A DNA stretch of 64,000 nucleotides from Guillardia theta CCMP2712. Its lineage: Eukaryota; Protista; Cryptophyta. The notes beneath the pieces are model-generated. The model searched no databases, was not told where the DNA came from, and was given only the letters and a program-made list of their open reading frames with translations. The stretch covers positions 23,720 through 87,719 of the forward strand of contig NW_005434487.1 of assembly GCF_000315625.1 (NCBI RefSeq). The letters are read 5' to 3'. The position numbers and the translations under genes were made by a program. This document shows, one piece after another, positions 39,986 to 53,877 of the stretch. Position 1 is the stretch's first letter. The number at the start of each line of letters is the position of its first letter.

Positions 39986-40836
39986 TTTCGTGAGCCATCG
40001 CGCTCGGGTGTATGTCAGCAAGTCATGGCGTCCAAGAGAGCGCGTCGTCTCCTCTGTTTTCTCAGACATCACGGGATGACTTGCAACTCTTGCTTCGACC
40101 TGCTCCCCAAGATGAGCACCATCGGTCTGCCTCCAGGAAAGCTCCTCAGCTCTTACAGCCTTCTTTCATACTAGGTCCTATGCTCTCCTCTCTTACTGGC
40201 GACAGGCAATCTAGTCACCTCAATTCTCACTTTCGGTCATCGTACAGTCACTTGCTCTCAGCCTCACTATTTGTTTTCTGCTCATTCTCTCTCGCTCTTC
40301 ACCTCATCATCGGCCAGAGTCACAAGTATGCAACCATCTCCTCACAGTTTCCCTCAGTCTCGCGCATCTTCGACCTGTACTTGGCTATCAACGCCATCTA
40401 CATGCCAAACCGTCGTTACTGCCACATCCCCGCCAATGACCAAAAGGCTCGATGACCTCTTCCACCTGCTCTTCCCCCAAGTTGCCCGGCACTGTGACTG
40501 CCTTCGGTGATACTCGTGTGATGGAGGTAGTTTTGTGATGCTGTCTTTTTGGTCGTCTAATAAATATAGTGAGGCGGGCTCTCTTTTATGTTTTTTTTAA
40601 AAAGGGGAGAAGCGCCTACCGACCAGGCGATGCAGAGCTATAAACGAGTTTGGGGACCAAGATGGAGAGACAAGAGGACAGGATCGGACTGGAGGCAGGG
40701 ACAGGAGGAGAGGAGAGACAAGTTGACAAAGACGAAGATGGGAATGATGGGAGTTCGCAGATCAGACGGGAAAATTTAGGTTGAACCAGAGCATTCTGGA
40801 TTTACAATTTTCGACCAACAAACTCTTACAAGAACG

Positions 40837-43183
40837 ATGAAAGACGGCTGGAGGGGTAAAGGCGCTTGGAACAAGAAAGAAATTAGCAAGGAAAAGGAAA
40901 AGGAAGACGATGGATTAAGTGATGACTTTGAGTTGGTGCTGGCTCCTTCAGCTGATGTGGACGCCGACTCTTTGCCGCTCTCTGAGTTTGAGCAGTGCGT
41001 GGTAGGAAAAGCTTGCAGAGATTGGGTCAAAGACAGTACTAGCATAGTTGTGAACAAGTTTTTTGAGATGAAGATTGAAAACGAGGAAGAGGAGACAGAA
41101 TTTTTCTTGCGCTGGAAAACCTTGATGGGTCTCAATGTACTCGAGAACGAACCCGGCATAGTTCGCAAGAAATTGTCGGTAAGTTGTTGGATGTTTGTAG
41201 GAGCGCACTGATGGGTTGCTATGGAGATCTTGCTGTACAAGGGATGTCCAGATGCGTTCAGAAGAGACACTTGGTTGAGCATCTCAGGAAGCAAGAAGAA
41301 GTTTGTTAAGAATCAGTCGCGAGTGCTTGCCGAATGGTGCAGGTAAATAGCATTCGACTTTTCTTGTCTCATTCTTTTGTAGCCTTCAAGATCGAGCAAA
41401 TGAGGGCACAAGTCACCGACAGATTGCAAAACCGCCGCTGTTTGGCGGCAATCTTGATTTCTCTCATCATTGTCTCAATGAAAGTGGAAAGTCTTGCTGC
41501 CATTACCTATTGGCAGCGATCGACATGTCAAGACCAGATTTGCACCATTTTTCACCTCAAATACCTAATTTGGTCTCTCTTGCATTGCTCTACATGTCTT
41601 CTGAAGAAGTCTGTAAGCTATCATGCTGTCTATCGCCTTGCGCGGTTTGGATTGATTGCGTTCCTGCAGGTATTTTTGTTGATTGCTTAACGTCATGCAC
41701 GGATGTACCAAAAGGCCAGGGAAACGTTTTAGACAAAGTCCTGCTAGACAATTTGCAATCTATGTCTTTTGTGATGCGAGCTGTTGACCTCAAGCTCAAA
41801 GCTTGTACGACCGCTACGTAATCTTCAGATGAAGTAACGTCACGGTGACAGGTGACCCAGAAGTTTGGACGAAGCTGCAGGATCTCGGCTTGTCGAAACT
41901 CAAGGTTCAAATGAAGTGTAAGGGTGTTCTCGACTTAATGTGATCCTGTTATCCTCTTTGTCACAGTTTTGTGAAGAATGGATCAAAGATCTGTTTGTGA
42001 GCCATTGCCATCTCCATGTCGTTTTGCGAATTCTAGATATTCTCTTATCAGGTCATTGACAAATTGCCCTCTTGGCACAATGTCTGACCTTGGTAACGTA
42101 GAAGGAAACATGCGAAGTCTCATCCGAGTGTCTGTCGCATTCTTGCGAATATGTCGCAAATCTATCTTGTCCTCTGTCACTTGGGAGGAAGCCGAGCAGG
42201 CACATGCAGTTTGGCACCAGTACCTCACATTGACTTACAGTGATTGCAGGAGCTGAGGGAGAAGCTTTGTGAGTTTCGGGATGTCAATCTTTTGATGAAG
42301 TTGGTCCATGAGATGGTGCAAGCGGCACCTGTCAAAGTTCTTGATGTCCAGGTTCTTCCTGGTAGGGTTGCTCTCGAATGAATGTTCAATAGGCGGCAAT
42401 GGGCGACGAATTTGCCACGTCACTTGTTCACGGTGATACTCAAGACTCAGAAGCCGTTGATGAATGCATCACGTATTATCTGCCGAAGATTTCGAGCCAG
42501 CCAGCCATCCAATGCATCCTAAATGAAGAGCAGCTCCAAACCTTATGGAATTGGATGCCTGCACGGGAAAGGATTCGCGACGGTCACATTGTTTTCTGCA
42601 CATCAAGTGAGCCTTTCGACTCGACTGATTCTTTTTCACTCTGCCTTCCAACAGGAGATGGACGAAGTCTCTCAACATTGTATCGCAAGGTGGAGGAGGA
42701 ATGGAGCGGGAGAGACGAGAAGGGGCTAGCTGCTGCTCCCCAGTGCCTAGTGCTGATCAGCACACTCTCTGGAGAGCTCTTCGGCTCCTACCTCACGCAG
42801 TGGCTGCGGGTGACAAGCAGTGGAGTGTTGGGGACAGGAGAGAGTTTCATCTTCAGGTGCATGACGATGCCTCGACTTCTTATCATTCTTGACGATCCTT
42901 CAGCTTCACTCCATCCTGCCAGAAATTCCGATGGAATCCTGGGCAGGATACAAACTTCCTGACGAGCCGAATAGACTTCTTCTCCATCGGAGGCGAAGCG
43001 ATCTACATAGACAAGTACCTCGAAAGGGGCTCGTCAAGCTACAGCCCCACCTTTCGGAGTCCCTGCCTGCTACTGGATGTGAGCGGCAACTCAGCGGATG
43101 CGGCGCCGCCGTCTGACAATGACGAGCCGTGGCGACGACGAGAGTTCGAGATCAAGACATTGCAGATCGTTCGCCTTGTCTGA
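40837..43183 (+). CDS. TBC (Rab-GAP-like) plus TLDc domain protein, TBC1D24/Skywalker-like architecture, multi-exon
   Basis: TBC-like start GCPDAFRRDTWLSISG. TLDc motifs ILNEEQLQTLWNWMP, DGRSLSTLYRKV, LISTLSGELFGSYL, GTGESFIF, SIGGEAIYIDKYLERGSS..SPTFRSPCL, EFEIKTLQI. Confidence 0.75.
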
Positions 43184-43826
43184 GGTGATTTCAGATCAGT
43201 GAGGTGAGCCTGGGCCGCCGGACTTCCGACCGGGGCCCGGGGGGGCCTGCCGCCCGGTCGGGGGTCGGACGGTCGCCGAACAGTGACGGACTAGTCGGAG
43301 CCTCCGGAGTTTTTCAATTTTAAAATTTTAAAAAGATGCGTCTGATCAAATCCACCCCACCCACTATACCAAAATCACCTCTTCGCATGCTCTCACGTTT
43401 TACACCCCCTTATCTCATAGTAAATCACCCCCTTGGATATCAAGCCACAGACCCAGTTTCTGGGAATACCCCAGGTTTTATATTACCCCCACCCCCTGAC
43501 CCCCTGTACTGTACATCGTTTTAACTCCGCTCCCATTTCGCTCGCCTGTCACCATCCGTTCGTCTCCTCATTTCAAGCAACTCGTGACCCTCCCTCCCTC
43601 GCTTCCTCCTTCCCTCCCTCCCTCCCTCGCTTCCTCCTTCCCTCCCTCCCTCACTCCCTCCCTCGCTCCCTTCCCACCCACCCTTGTCGCTGTTTCGCTT
43701 TTCTCGGCAATAGCATATGAGATTTCCAATGCCAGAAAAGTCCGCTTCTCCAGGAATGGTTGTATCACATCTTCGAATCAAAGCCTGATAAGCTCCAGCT
43801 TCGTAACCATTCACTGAAGACAGAGC

Positions 43827-44681
43827 TCAAGATGTTCTCTAGGGTGCAATACAATTTCAGGGCTACATGCTCTCCACTTCTTTCTGGATTCTATCTCTAC
43901 GTTGTATTGGCTTCCCATTCTGCTTCGAGTTTTTCTTCGACACCTGGTTTTCCTCAAGGGAAGTTGTTCGCTTCAAGGCTCGTAGAGAGGAGATCCAAAC
44001 TATGTACTCCATACACGGATTCGAGGACGAAGATGGGTGTCATCATGCGGCAGCATGATGGGTCAGGCTCAACTTCGAATTGGGACCTTGCTTGGAAGGT
44101 CTATCTGCTGGAAAGGACCATGTCTTTGAGCGTAGAAGTGAGTGCGTTGCTCTGATCTATCCAAGTGTTTTTTTACTTGTTTACAGCTGAATCATCCCAA
44201 TGCGTCGCCTTATCTCTCGAGTGAAACTGAAAACAAGAGATCTCTGTCCCCGCAAATTTCAGATAGAGTCTACAACATCAAAATCCCACCAATTTATGCA
44301 AATCTTAACGAACTCAACAACTTATTGAGGGGTATGTTGTTGATTTTAATGTGACTCACTGACCTTAGAACAGGACGATGCCTGTACAGTAGGATGATAG
44401 CAAAGGAGAGGTTGTTCCTCGTCATCCAGGCCGACAGGGCGCGTCAGGAAAGGTCTCCTCTCCGTCCTGTTCCTCTGGCAGCCATAGCAAGTCGCTCCCT
44501 GCTCCGAGAATTGATCAGAACGTCTCATTTAGACCTGAAAGCATCTGAGATAGATACTGTGCAGAGGACCAAAAGCGGAAGAATTTTTTATTGGGGAAGC
44601 ATCATTTTGAGAAGAATCACTCCATTCATCTTGTTAATTTTGGGTGCAAACCTCTTTCCATTCAGATGGTGGACATTTTAG
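43827..44681 (+). CDS. Hypothetical small protein, possible signal peptide plus transit peptide
   Basis: Hydrophobic segment ending ..VVLASHSASSF followed by an S/T/R-rich stretch; short introns; hydrophobic C-terminus. Confidence 0.35.
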
Positions 44682-44789
44682 TCTCAATGAGAGTGACATT
44701 GTAAAATCGTTCAAATCTCGTTACATGTGCATTGTGAATGGAGAGTGTTCCAATGCATCATTTGAGGTGAAATTTTGTTTCATACCAGA

Positions 44790-46800
44790 ATACATTCCCT
44801 AGCTAGAAGCAGGTTCTGGTCGCTTGTGAATGAAGCCCATCTTTCGAAGCCCCTCGAGAATTCCACGCGCATGTCCTTCCCTGTTGATTTCTCAGGCAGC
44901 AAGAAGCCACAAGGGTTGGCTTACTTGGCCTTGTACAGTCGCTCACCAGCGTCTTGCTTCTCGAGCCAGTCGAGGAGGCCGTTCTGGGCGTTGCCAACAA
45001 TGATTCCCCGTTCTTCTCCGGAGAGCCTGGGGCGAGTGAGTCACTTCAGCTGTTTCTTCCAGGCATCTTGATGTCACTAGTACATCAGAATATCGTTGCC
45101 GCTGTCTCCACACGCCACCTGATATCATAATTACCATCGGATTCACGGCAGAATGCTCGACGTACTGTTTCCTCGGCTGAATATCCTAGCTTGTTTCGTA
45201 CGTAGACCGTGGCTTCTAGCTTACCAGCACCCTCACACACCTTGCAATTGTCAGGAAAGCGGAAAAAACCATCGCACGCACGACATACAACGTCCAAATA
45301 ATTCCAGTCACCATGTCCGCTTGCAATGAACTGAGCTTTCTTGCCCCCAGCCTCAACGGCTTTCTTGAGTTCTTGAGTGATAGAAGTCTCACTAAAATTT
45401 AGAGATCATAAATGTGCATACCTGCTATCACCTCTTCTATGTGTACCGTTTGGACACCAAAAACTACCTTGAACGCATTTTGTTCCTGGAAACCAGTGTT
45501 AGTCCAGAGCCTTTCTACTGGGCAGCATTCTACATCCTCTGGGCGAAAATGCATCCATTCCTTCTCTAAGAAGGGCTTTGCAGCGTCACAAACAATTTGC
45601 CGATCCCAAGTACCAGACGACAAGAGCTTCGACTCCCATCTGCACCAAATTTATCAGGATTGGAAACAAGGCATCTTCCGTATCAAAAATGTATCTCCAC
45701 ATCTGGAAAATATTTCCACATCATTGAGGCATCTCCATATCAGTATTCCGTATAAATAAAGCATTCCAACACCAATCATACCCAGTATCCGCTTTGTGAG
45801 TTCCATCAGAATCTAGCCTACGCATGGTGAGCACAATTTGTATATATGGACACTGCCAACTCACCACCACACCTCTGTTCCGACCGAAGTAATGATCGCG
45901 CTGGGATTCAGCATTTTCTGGTGAAGACTCTCTGAGCAACAAAAGCAACAGCAGGAGGAATGTCACAACGCACACCTCTTTTGCGATCAAAGCTTTTGTA
46001 GATTGCACGGATCTACCAGTATTGTACACAAGTGCCTGCGGAGATTAGGTTGATAAGCCAGGCAATCTTGACAAACAAACAAGCAGAGCTGATCGCTTGT
46101 TTACCGAGTTACGATGAACACATTGCCGTTCCCTGTATGATTTGTCAAGCATGTTGCAACGTCTGTAATGATTATTTGTAATGATTATTTTACCATTCAT
46201 CATTGAACTCTTGTAGCGCCTTCTCGTCACCAACAAGGGTTCCATCAAGGTCGCACACCAGCAACACACCTGGGAGATTATGATACACCTCCGTCAAGAT
46301 GCCATCTTTCAAGCAGAAGTGTCCCGGTCCGTCAACTTTGTAATATCTTCCTTTCTCTCGCTCAGGGCCTGAGTCCCATTCGCCTTCTCCATTGTGCAGC
46401 ACAAAACAGAAAGGAGTGACGACGTTTGACACGGTGAGATAGCGCCAGTTGTGGCCGACATGGCTGTTCAAAGTCATCTCATGATCCTCTTCTTCCTCGT
46501 CGCTTCGCCGCGGCAATGCAGCCTTTAGCGTCCATTTCTCTCCTCCGTCACGCGAGAAATGCATAAGCACCCGTTTCCACTCCGACTGATAATGCAAACG
46601 GAGACAGTGCGGATCCGTCGCAGCATGCTATGGAGATTGCAGAACATGAAGACAAGATCGAAAGATTAGTGGACTCGCATTCACAGAAGGCACAGGGTAA
46701 CTTACATCATGACATCCTCCTTGGATCCGTCCGCTCTGTCCTCCTCCTCGGAGTGTGATGGAGAGACCTATGCGAAAGAGGAGTCAATGAGGAAAACCTG
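44790..46800 (-). CDS. Sucrose-phosphate-phosphatase-like HAD-IIB hydrolase with N-terminal carbohydrate-binding-module-like domain, multi-exon
   Basis: HAD motif I LLVCDLDGTLVG, motif II YNTGRS, ITSVGTEV, NAFKV, motif III/IV KLEA..GDSGNDI, GIIVGNAQ. N-terminal HYQSEW..MHFS..W..FVLHNGEGEWD..YYKV resembles starch-binding modules. Confidence 0.8.
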
Positions 46801-47256
46801 CGACTTTCTGTGCCCATCTATTCCTTCAGCTCTTCTAGGAAGAGACTAGCTTTCTTCTGTCATGGATTTCAACAATGTTCGCCCCTTCTGTCTGTTACAC
46901 GAACGAGATCCCGTCCCATACAGCCCTTCCGTCCCATCGTCCCTGCATCTCTACTGTCCGTTGACACTCGACTTTCAGTGTCGCCATAGTCTCAATCCCA
47001 GCCTAATGTCTCCTCCTCCCTCCTCACCTCCCATCTTCGCTCCTCCTGCAGCCGCAGCCTCCACCGTCAACCCCATCGCCACCAGGCAAAGAAGCGCCTG
47101 CATCCCTGCGCCTCCCTCTCACTTTCACTACTCCCCAATGTATTTCAAATGTTTGTTAGAATATTGAAATATCAAAAACTCTTTGAGACTTGAGTCCGAA
47201 AATCGCAGTCAATCGCTTTCACACATCCAGGCTGCCAGTGAAAACTCCGAGGTATG

Positions 47257-48470
47257 TGATGGCGAGGGCGAAATCTTGGTGCAAGCTACCTGTGATGCTT
47301 AGGATCACGCCCACTCTCTTGATCCTCCTTCTTCCTTCATGTCTTGCATTTCCAGTCTACAGAGAGACCGAGAAAGACTCCCTAGTCGCGGTTTGTGTCA
47401 TCAGCGACGCCCGGGAGGTCGCGGGACTGAAAGTTGCTCTCTCAACCATCTTGTCCGCTAAAGTGTGGCAACTTTCTCTCTTGTGCGATGATCTCATAAT
47501 CCATGCAGATAAAAAATGTTCAAATCTTCACGTTGGAGTGGATAGAAAATGCCATCGCCGAGTCCATCGGCGCAATGATCACCTTGTTTGGCACAGAGAG
47601 CGTCAGGATCGTCAGGATGCCCAACGAATACTTGACGCATCATGGATACTCGATGCTCCTCAAGGACGAGAAATTTTGGTGGGCGTGTGATGGAGAGTGG
47701 GTGCTCATCTTCCAGGTGAGAGCTGCTGCTACTCGCTGGCGTCTGACTACCTCAGGCGGACTCGATCCTCTGCCTTGGGTCAGACGCGCGCTTAGATGAG
47801 TTCATGCTGTACGATTATATCGGCGCTCCGTTCCTTCCCGGAGAATGTCCGAGTGGACATGACAAGGACCGCTCGATGTGTCAGGACGACTTCGATAAGA
47901 TGGCTACGCATGCGGGCCTCAAGGTTGACTCGCTTGTTTCTCCCGCCTTGTCACACGTGATGGAAGATCCCGGAGGGCGTGGGTGGCAATGGAGGATTTT
48001 CGCTGAGGAGAAGATCGAAGATGATAGAGATGTGCCAGGTAAGCGCAAAGGAGCTCCTGCGGGAGGAAAGCTGATGACACAAAGAAGACGTGTGGGAGTT
48101 CACATCCTTTCTACTCCTGGAACGAAGACATCTTCTTCAGCTATCCATGCGACAACGTCACTCTCAGACTCCCTTCTGAACCCGTTGGTGAGTTGTTCGT
48201 CTTCTTCTCTCTCAAACCGTTGTGTTCTCCACTCTCCTCTCGTCTGCTATCCGTCTCCATCTTTCTCCATCTTTGTTTGACTTCCTTCTGTTAGCAAGGA
48301 GATTCAGCGTGGAAACGGGTGAGAGTGAACATCTTCTGTGAAGAGGTGAGGCATTGCACAGGGCTATTCCATCCAGCTCCTTATGGGATCCACAAAGTTT
48401 GGGTCTACCGCAATGAGACAGAGCTCGTGAAACTCGCAGCGGCTTGTCGGGAGCTTCTACTGTTGATTCC
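47257..48470 (+). CDS. DUF5672-family (glycosyltransferase-like) protein with signal peptide, multi-exon
   Basis: EWVLIFQ-ADSILC, LDEFMLYDYIGAPF, VGNGGFSLRRRSKMIE, WNEDIFF, FSVET. Confidence 0.7.
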
Positions 48471-48789
48471 AAACTGATATGACAGCAATGAAGTCTGTGC
48501 AAGAAGCGATTGTAAGATAAGTTTGCAAGGAATTGTAAGATAGGAATTGAGCATATGGCAATTCTGATCTAATTCGTTGCCCTTCGTGTCGTATGCACCC
48601 CTTTGGCTTGCCTCCCATTTCAATCTTCTTGGGCGAAGAGAGGATTCTTCATGAAAGTTCCGTCCTTGCGCCATCTTTTGCTCCCCTCTGTCTCGATCTG
48701 CGAGATAGTACAGTCACAATAGTGAAGTGAAAGGGGTTCTCCCTACATATTTCTTGTTAGGATCGTAAGGTTGCCATCCCTCCTCCGTT

Positions 48790-49890
48790 AACACTTCGAG
48801 GATTGTGCCCTGAATTTGACTTTATACGGGGGAGATGCAAGAAATAGACAGCAACCTTGACACGATCCTGCACGATGATTCCCTGCTCTGTCACCATGAA
48901 CGCAAGGTTCGCACAGTACCTGAGCATAATTATGACCTATTCCAACCATGCTCCACCTACGGGTCCCGATCCAACTTGCTCTGGATCGCTTCCTCGTAAG
49001 CACGACGAGGGATGTTTCCTTTCTCGGCAACCAGATCCTGACAGAGGCAAGTGATATGAGTGGAGAGATTGCGTCGCATCCTTCTCACCTTGAGATACTT
49101 CAGGTCATCTTCGCTTGTCCGCCCTTTTGTGCTGAGTGTTCCAGACCCGCGCATGTAGCTCAGAGGAGGCTCCTCACCCCAGCCCTTTGCCGTCATTTGC
49201 AGCCCCTCTCTGAATGAAGGCAATGCATGTATCAAGTTGAGGACCAACGAAGAAGTGCGGAAGGAGGTAGCGCAAAGGAGGGAGAGAAAACGGACCTGCA
49301 GTTCGTTCTCTTTGTCGAAGGCTTCTGAATGTCCCATCGGTAGGATCCAGCAGGGACGATGCCATAGTCTCCTTCCTGATACTCCACTGCTTCACCTGTC
49401 GGTACTCCTGCACAGTATGGATGAGTCTGTGATGTAAGGGCCTGGGATCACCATTGATGGTGACGGGGATGATTGCAACCCTTCCCTTCATGAGCTGGAA
49501 CGTTTCTGGCGAGTCCAAGTACATTGTTGTCTGTTGCCTGCATATCTCCTCAGAGAAGAAGCATCCAAGGCAACTTACGGCACACTGCTCCACATGCCGC
49601 AGTTCTCCAACGCTTTCTCTAGTTTCTCACTGTCTTGACTGTCAGCCCGAAACAGCTGAAATGGTTGGATTAGAAGCTATGCACACCACAGGGTGGACAT
49701 GCCTGGGGAGGCTCAGCTTTCATCATGCAGGTGGAAAGACGAGGAGGCTTGCTCGAATGAAGATTGAGTTTCTGACCGATCAAAGAATGGGGGGAAGTAG
49801 AGGTAAAACCTCTTTGAAGAAGAAATCCGTCTACGGGGAAACAGAGAAGCAGTATCGTGCAGACTGCAAGGTGACGGTGACCAACCATGA
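48790..49890 (-). CDS. Hypothetical multi-exon protein
   Basis: Minus-strand segments with a signal-peptide-like start (ILLLCFPVDGF) and GT/AG-bounded exons; no family recognised. Confidence 0.3.
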
Positions 49891-51149
49891 TCTGATATGA
49901 AGAAGAAGAGATCAGTTTAACCGCGAAAACAAAAAAACTCCACTGCCAGTTTTCTACGCCTCCCCCCTCCCCCCCCTTCTTCCATTCATCTCATCTGTAT
50001 CATCCTCCATTCCTACATGTCTCTTCATCTTGTTCTTCTGTGTTGCTCTCACCCTCCGAACCCCCGCTGAATTCACATCTGTTTTCTCGTAACACGTCCC
50101 AATTTATTGACACCCCTACATGCAATACCAATTAATTTATTACGGACAGGTGTATCCCTCAAGATACACTGGGGTATCTATGAGAGGGAATGGCTAGCGT
50201 CTTTACAGACTGCAGACTTGCCCGCTCAGCAACTATCTGCAGAGGTTCATCTTCAAGCTCATCTACTTGCCGACCGGCGTGGAGAGTAAGTTTGCCACCC
50301 TCTCGATTGTCAGCTACATCGTCTAGAATGGCTTCTTCACCATCAAGTCGTTCATGGCGTCGTGCGAGGGCAAGGTGGATATCATGGTCCCATGCATGTG
50401 CTGCCCGATCAGGAACCTCCCGACCTCCAACGCCAACGAGAAGGACTTTGACATGACCTTGGTGCATGACAACAAGAACTTCTCTATCTTGAAGAGGTTC
50501 GTGCCCTGCAAGACCATGTTCCCTTGACGACCGCATGCTCCTGGTGAGGCTGAACTCCATGGCGGAGGCCGAGTTTGAGGAGGAGTACAACATCTTCAAT
50601 CAGATATGCTTCATCGTCTACATGTCTCACAAACATCAGATTACTTATGTGGACTACCTCTACGAGCCCATCAGGTTCCTTCTTGTGAGGTCGAGCAGGT
50701 ATTGGACTATGCAGAAGTGCAAGAAGGTCAACGCCCAGTCCATCAAGATGCTCGAGCAGATCGTGGCGGCTTCCGACAAGGCGAGCGAGATCACAGACCA
50801 GCACAAGAAGCTTGCTAGGGACATCATCAAGTATGGCCTGTCCCACATTAAGAAGATCCATGCATCCTTGAACCTTCTGAACAGCAAGGCACTAAACAAT
50901 GATCCCCTGACCAACGCCAACCAATGGTGCTGCCTTTGCCTCCCTACCCAGAGTTGCTGCCTCTGCAGGCACTTTGCCCATGTGGGCAGGGCCATGAATA
51001 CGCTTAAGGCCAGCATGGGTAAGTTGGGTGGGATGTAGGGCACTGTCGTCGCGTCTATGATGAGGTGCTGTGCTTGAAGCATCTGTGAAGCTTGTTCTTG
51101 CATTCCTGCTGTCGATCCGAACATGAACAGCCCCTGCCGGCTCTCTCCA

Positions 51150-51370
51150 TGATGATCCTGGGCCACTGGTCCCTCGGATCCCTGGGCATCTGCCTGCGCC
51201 ACATCCTGGGATACCTCATTGAGACATACCAGCCAAGCGTCGTAATGTTACAGGAGGTCCTGGTAGGGGGCAAGAGAAAGGAGACAGCTCTCCGAACGAT
51301 GATCAAGAAGGAATGGGGATGCTACCGAGTGTTTATGACGAAAGGCACAGGGGACGCGAGAAAGGGTAAG
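51150..51370 (+). pseudogene. Fragment resembling the N-terminus of an AP-endonuclease (EEP) domain as in non-LTR retrotransposon ORF2
   Basis: LGYLIETYQPSVVMLQEV matches the EEP 'PDivxLQE' motif; the rest of the domain and any RT are absent. Confidence 0.45.
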
Positions 51371-51761
51371 AGTGACCTACGCCTTGTGAGGCTGGCGCAT
51401 GCTGACCTTCTACCTCGCTCCCTCTCCTCGTCGAGCCACACCGCGGAAACAATCGATAGTTCCAAACATCTGATACATCATTCGGCATCAAACTTAGAGG
51501 TTTTTGCCACAATCAATGGCTAGCATTTCTTGATGTTTAGACTACTTCAAGATAGCAGTCTTGTCACTTTAAGGGAGTCTTTATTGAACTGAGTGTGCAA
51601 TAAGTCCCTGCATGAGAAATTGGACCCTTGAGCAGGCGAAATTACCTTGTTTCCCTCGAAATGACATCTTGAAGATCAAAATTATTGTCACCGACTTAAT
51701 TAAACCCGTTTTGCTTGTTGAGAATGCACATCATTCTGAGGGGAATACTAAATTTTGAAAG

Positions 51762-53454
51762 TCATATGCACCCAGCCCAAAATTCGAGAAACTCTTCTAC
51801 GATGACGGTTCCATCACTATGAGCGTGCAGGAAAATGTAGAGGGAGACAGCGACGTGGAAGAATAGGACGATGAAGGCACAAAAATTCCTAGCAAAACTT
51901 TCACTGCTGTAAAGTTGGTCTCTACATGCGGCTAGCAGCAAGCCTCTCCCTTTTCCAGCTAGATAGCTTGTCACCCACACCAGACGATCCGCAAGCGTTA
52001 AGAATATAAAAAAGAATTCGGATGCTCAGCTCGGATCCCTCGCGCTCCCAGCTGCTTTCCACCTGTTGATATCAATGGCTCACATCTCAAGAATACAGAC
52101 AAAGCAGATCGCGGGCACCAGTAGGAGGCCAGTTGCTCGAGGTCGATGCCTCTCCAGGAAGTGCCGGGGTGCCAAGTGACTTCATCTGCAGCATGTTCAG
52201 TTCAGGAGGCCCAGGCATCAGACCACTCACATCCTTGTGCATCGATGAGTCCAGCTGAATCCGAGCTCCTGACACCTCATCATTCAAGCGACACAACTGA
52301 AACAAAGTTTGACGTACAGGCCAGGAGCGAAAAGAGCATACAGCACTAGGTTCGCGGCGAGACTGCTTCTTCTGAGTGCGAGCACTAGAGATCGGAGGAT
52401 TTGATGAACGATCTCTGACCCATCTGACGATCGAGTCATCTGAACGTCCATCGACTCTAACTGCGCAAGAAGCATAGTCCCCGCAAACCCTAGGTCAACA
52501 GCTTTTGCGATGAACGGCCTATCCCTAACCGAGAAGTCAAGATATCGGTCATGTCAGGCACAGTCTTACCTAAATGAAGGGTCTTGTTTTGTTTGCTTGA
52601 TGTACTCTCTGATGAAAACCATCTCGCCTAGGGCGTCATCCGGTTGATCTCCCATGACGCGTGGGATCCAGTCATCTAGCAGCTGGTGCATGCTCGCTTG
52701 CACGCCCGTCCTTCCCCTCAACGACGAGAGCCACTGCATTGGATTCGACAACACAACCAGTCTCGTCGCCTTGTGAATCGTCAGGGCTCACAAATGTGTC
52801 AGGGCGATGCTATTCACCTCTCCACTGGAATGCAGAAGGGCTGGCTTGAGCGAGTCCATGAGATGGTAGAGTCGAAGAAAACCATTGGGAACATCAGTCG
52901 ATGATTCGCTGTTCTCTACACCAAAGTTGATCATGAACATTAATGGTGAGCAAGGGTAAGAACCTCTGGCTTTACAAGCGGAAACTCTGTTGCCCACAAC
53001 AATGTAGTCTATCCTTCCGTATTTGGAACTTTCATCTTATAATCAGATGGGATGACCTCAAGATTTGATGTTTGACCTGAGTTGAGATCCAAATGATCTG
53101 ATGGATCGTAAAGAGCAGAAATCTAGGGGCATGTTGTCCACCGTCCACGCCCATCTGTAAAAGCAACAAAGAGGTTGGATGTAGTTTTGCATCGAGACTT
53201 CCATTGACCTGCTGGAAGACGAAGAGCTTGCTAGTTCGTGCAGAGTGGGCAAGCAAGAATCTTCGTCTTGACATCCAAGAATGATAGAAGCGCCTAAATC
53301 CTTTCCAAGAGCATAAGAATGTCAATTCCATGCAACGCGTTGGACTCACCCGGAGTTGTCTGGTAACTTCCAATTCTATCCCCCCGTATCCATTCACAAC
53401 AACAGCAACTCGGCCTCGTAACGTTTGGGTTGCTTGGTCTATTGGTTCTGACAT
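51762..53454 (-). CDS. Divergent short-chain dehydrogenase/reductase-like protein, multi-exon
   Basis: LRGRVAVVVNGYGGIELEVTRQL resembles the SDR Rossmann motif (xxTGxxxGIG) in degenerate form; hydrophobic C-terminal exon. Confidence 0.4.
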
Positions 53455-53877
53455 CAGTGTCTAAATAGTCATGGCGAAACGTTTGATCACCTGCTGGTCT
53501 CCATAGCAATTCATAATCAAGAAGAACAATCTGGTGAATCGTCAAGCTGTTTAGCAACCAGAAGGAAATTCACATACCGAAAAAAACACAAAAAGACACA
53601 TGGAGATCTCCAAGAGAATAAATCCTCCACAAGTTCGAGAGCCTCGCTTTCTCTTCCATAACATTACGAGACTAAAAGGTAAAACTTGTGCGTACCAAGA
53701 CTTTCTGAAGCAAGTAAACCAAAGAAAACAACAAAACCTAGACCAAAAATCATGGGCAAGCAAAATCAGCCAGGGGAACAAAGGTAATGCGGAGTTTTGA
53801 ATGAAATGGGCCCGGGCGCACGTCGTACCGTCGGACTGGTCCATTGCAACATCATGTAGGTCAATTGCTTCAGAGTC

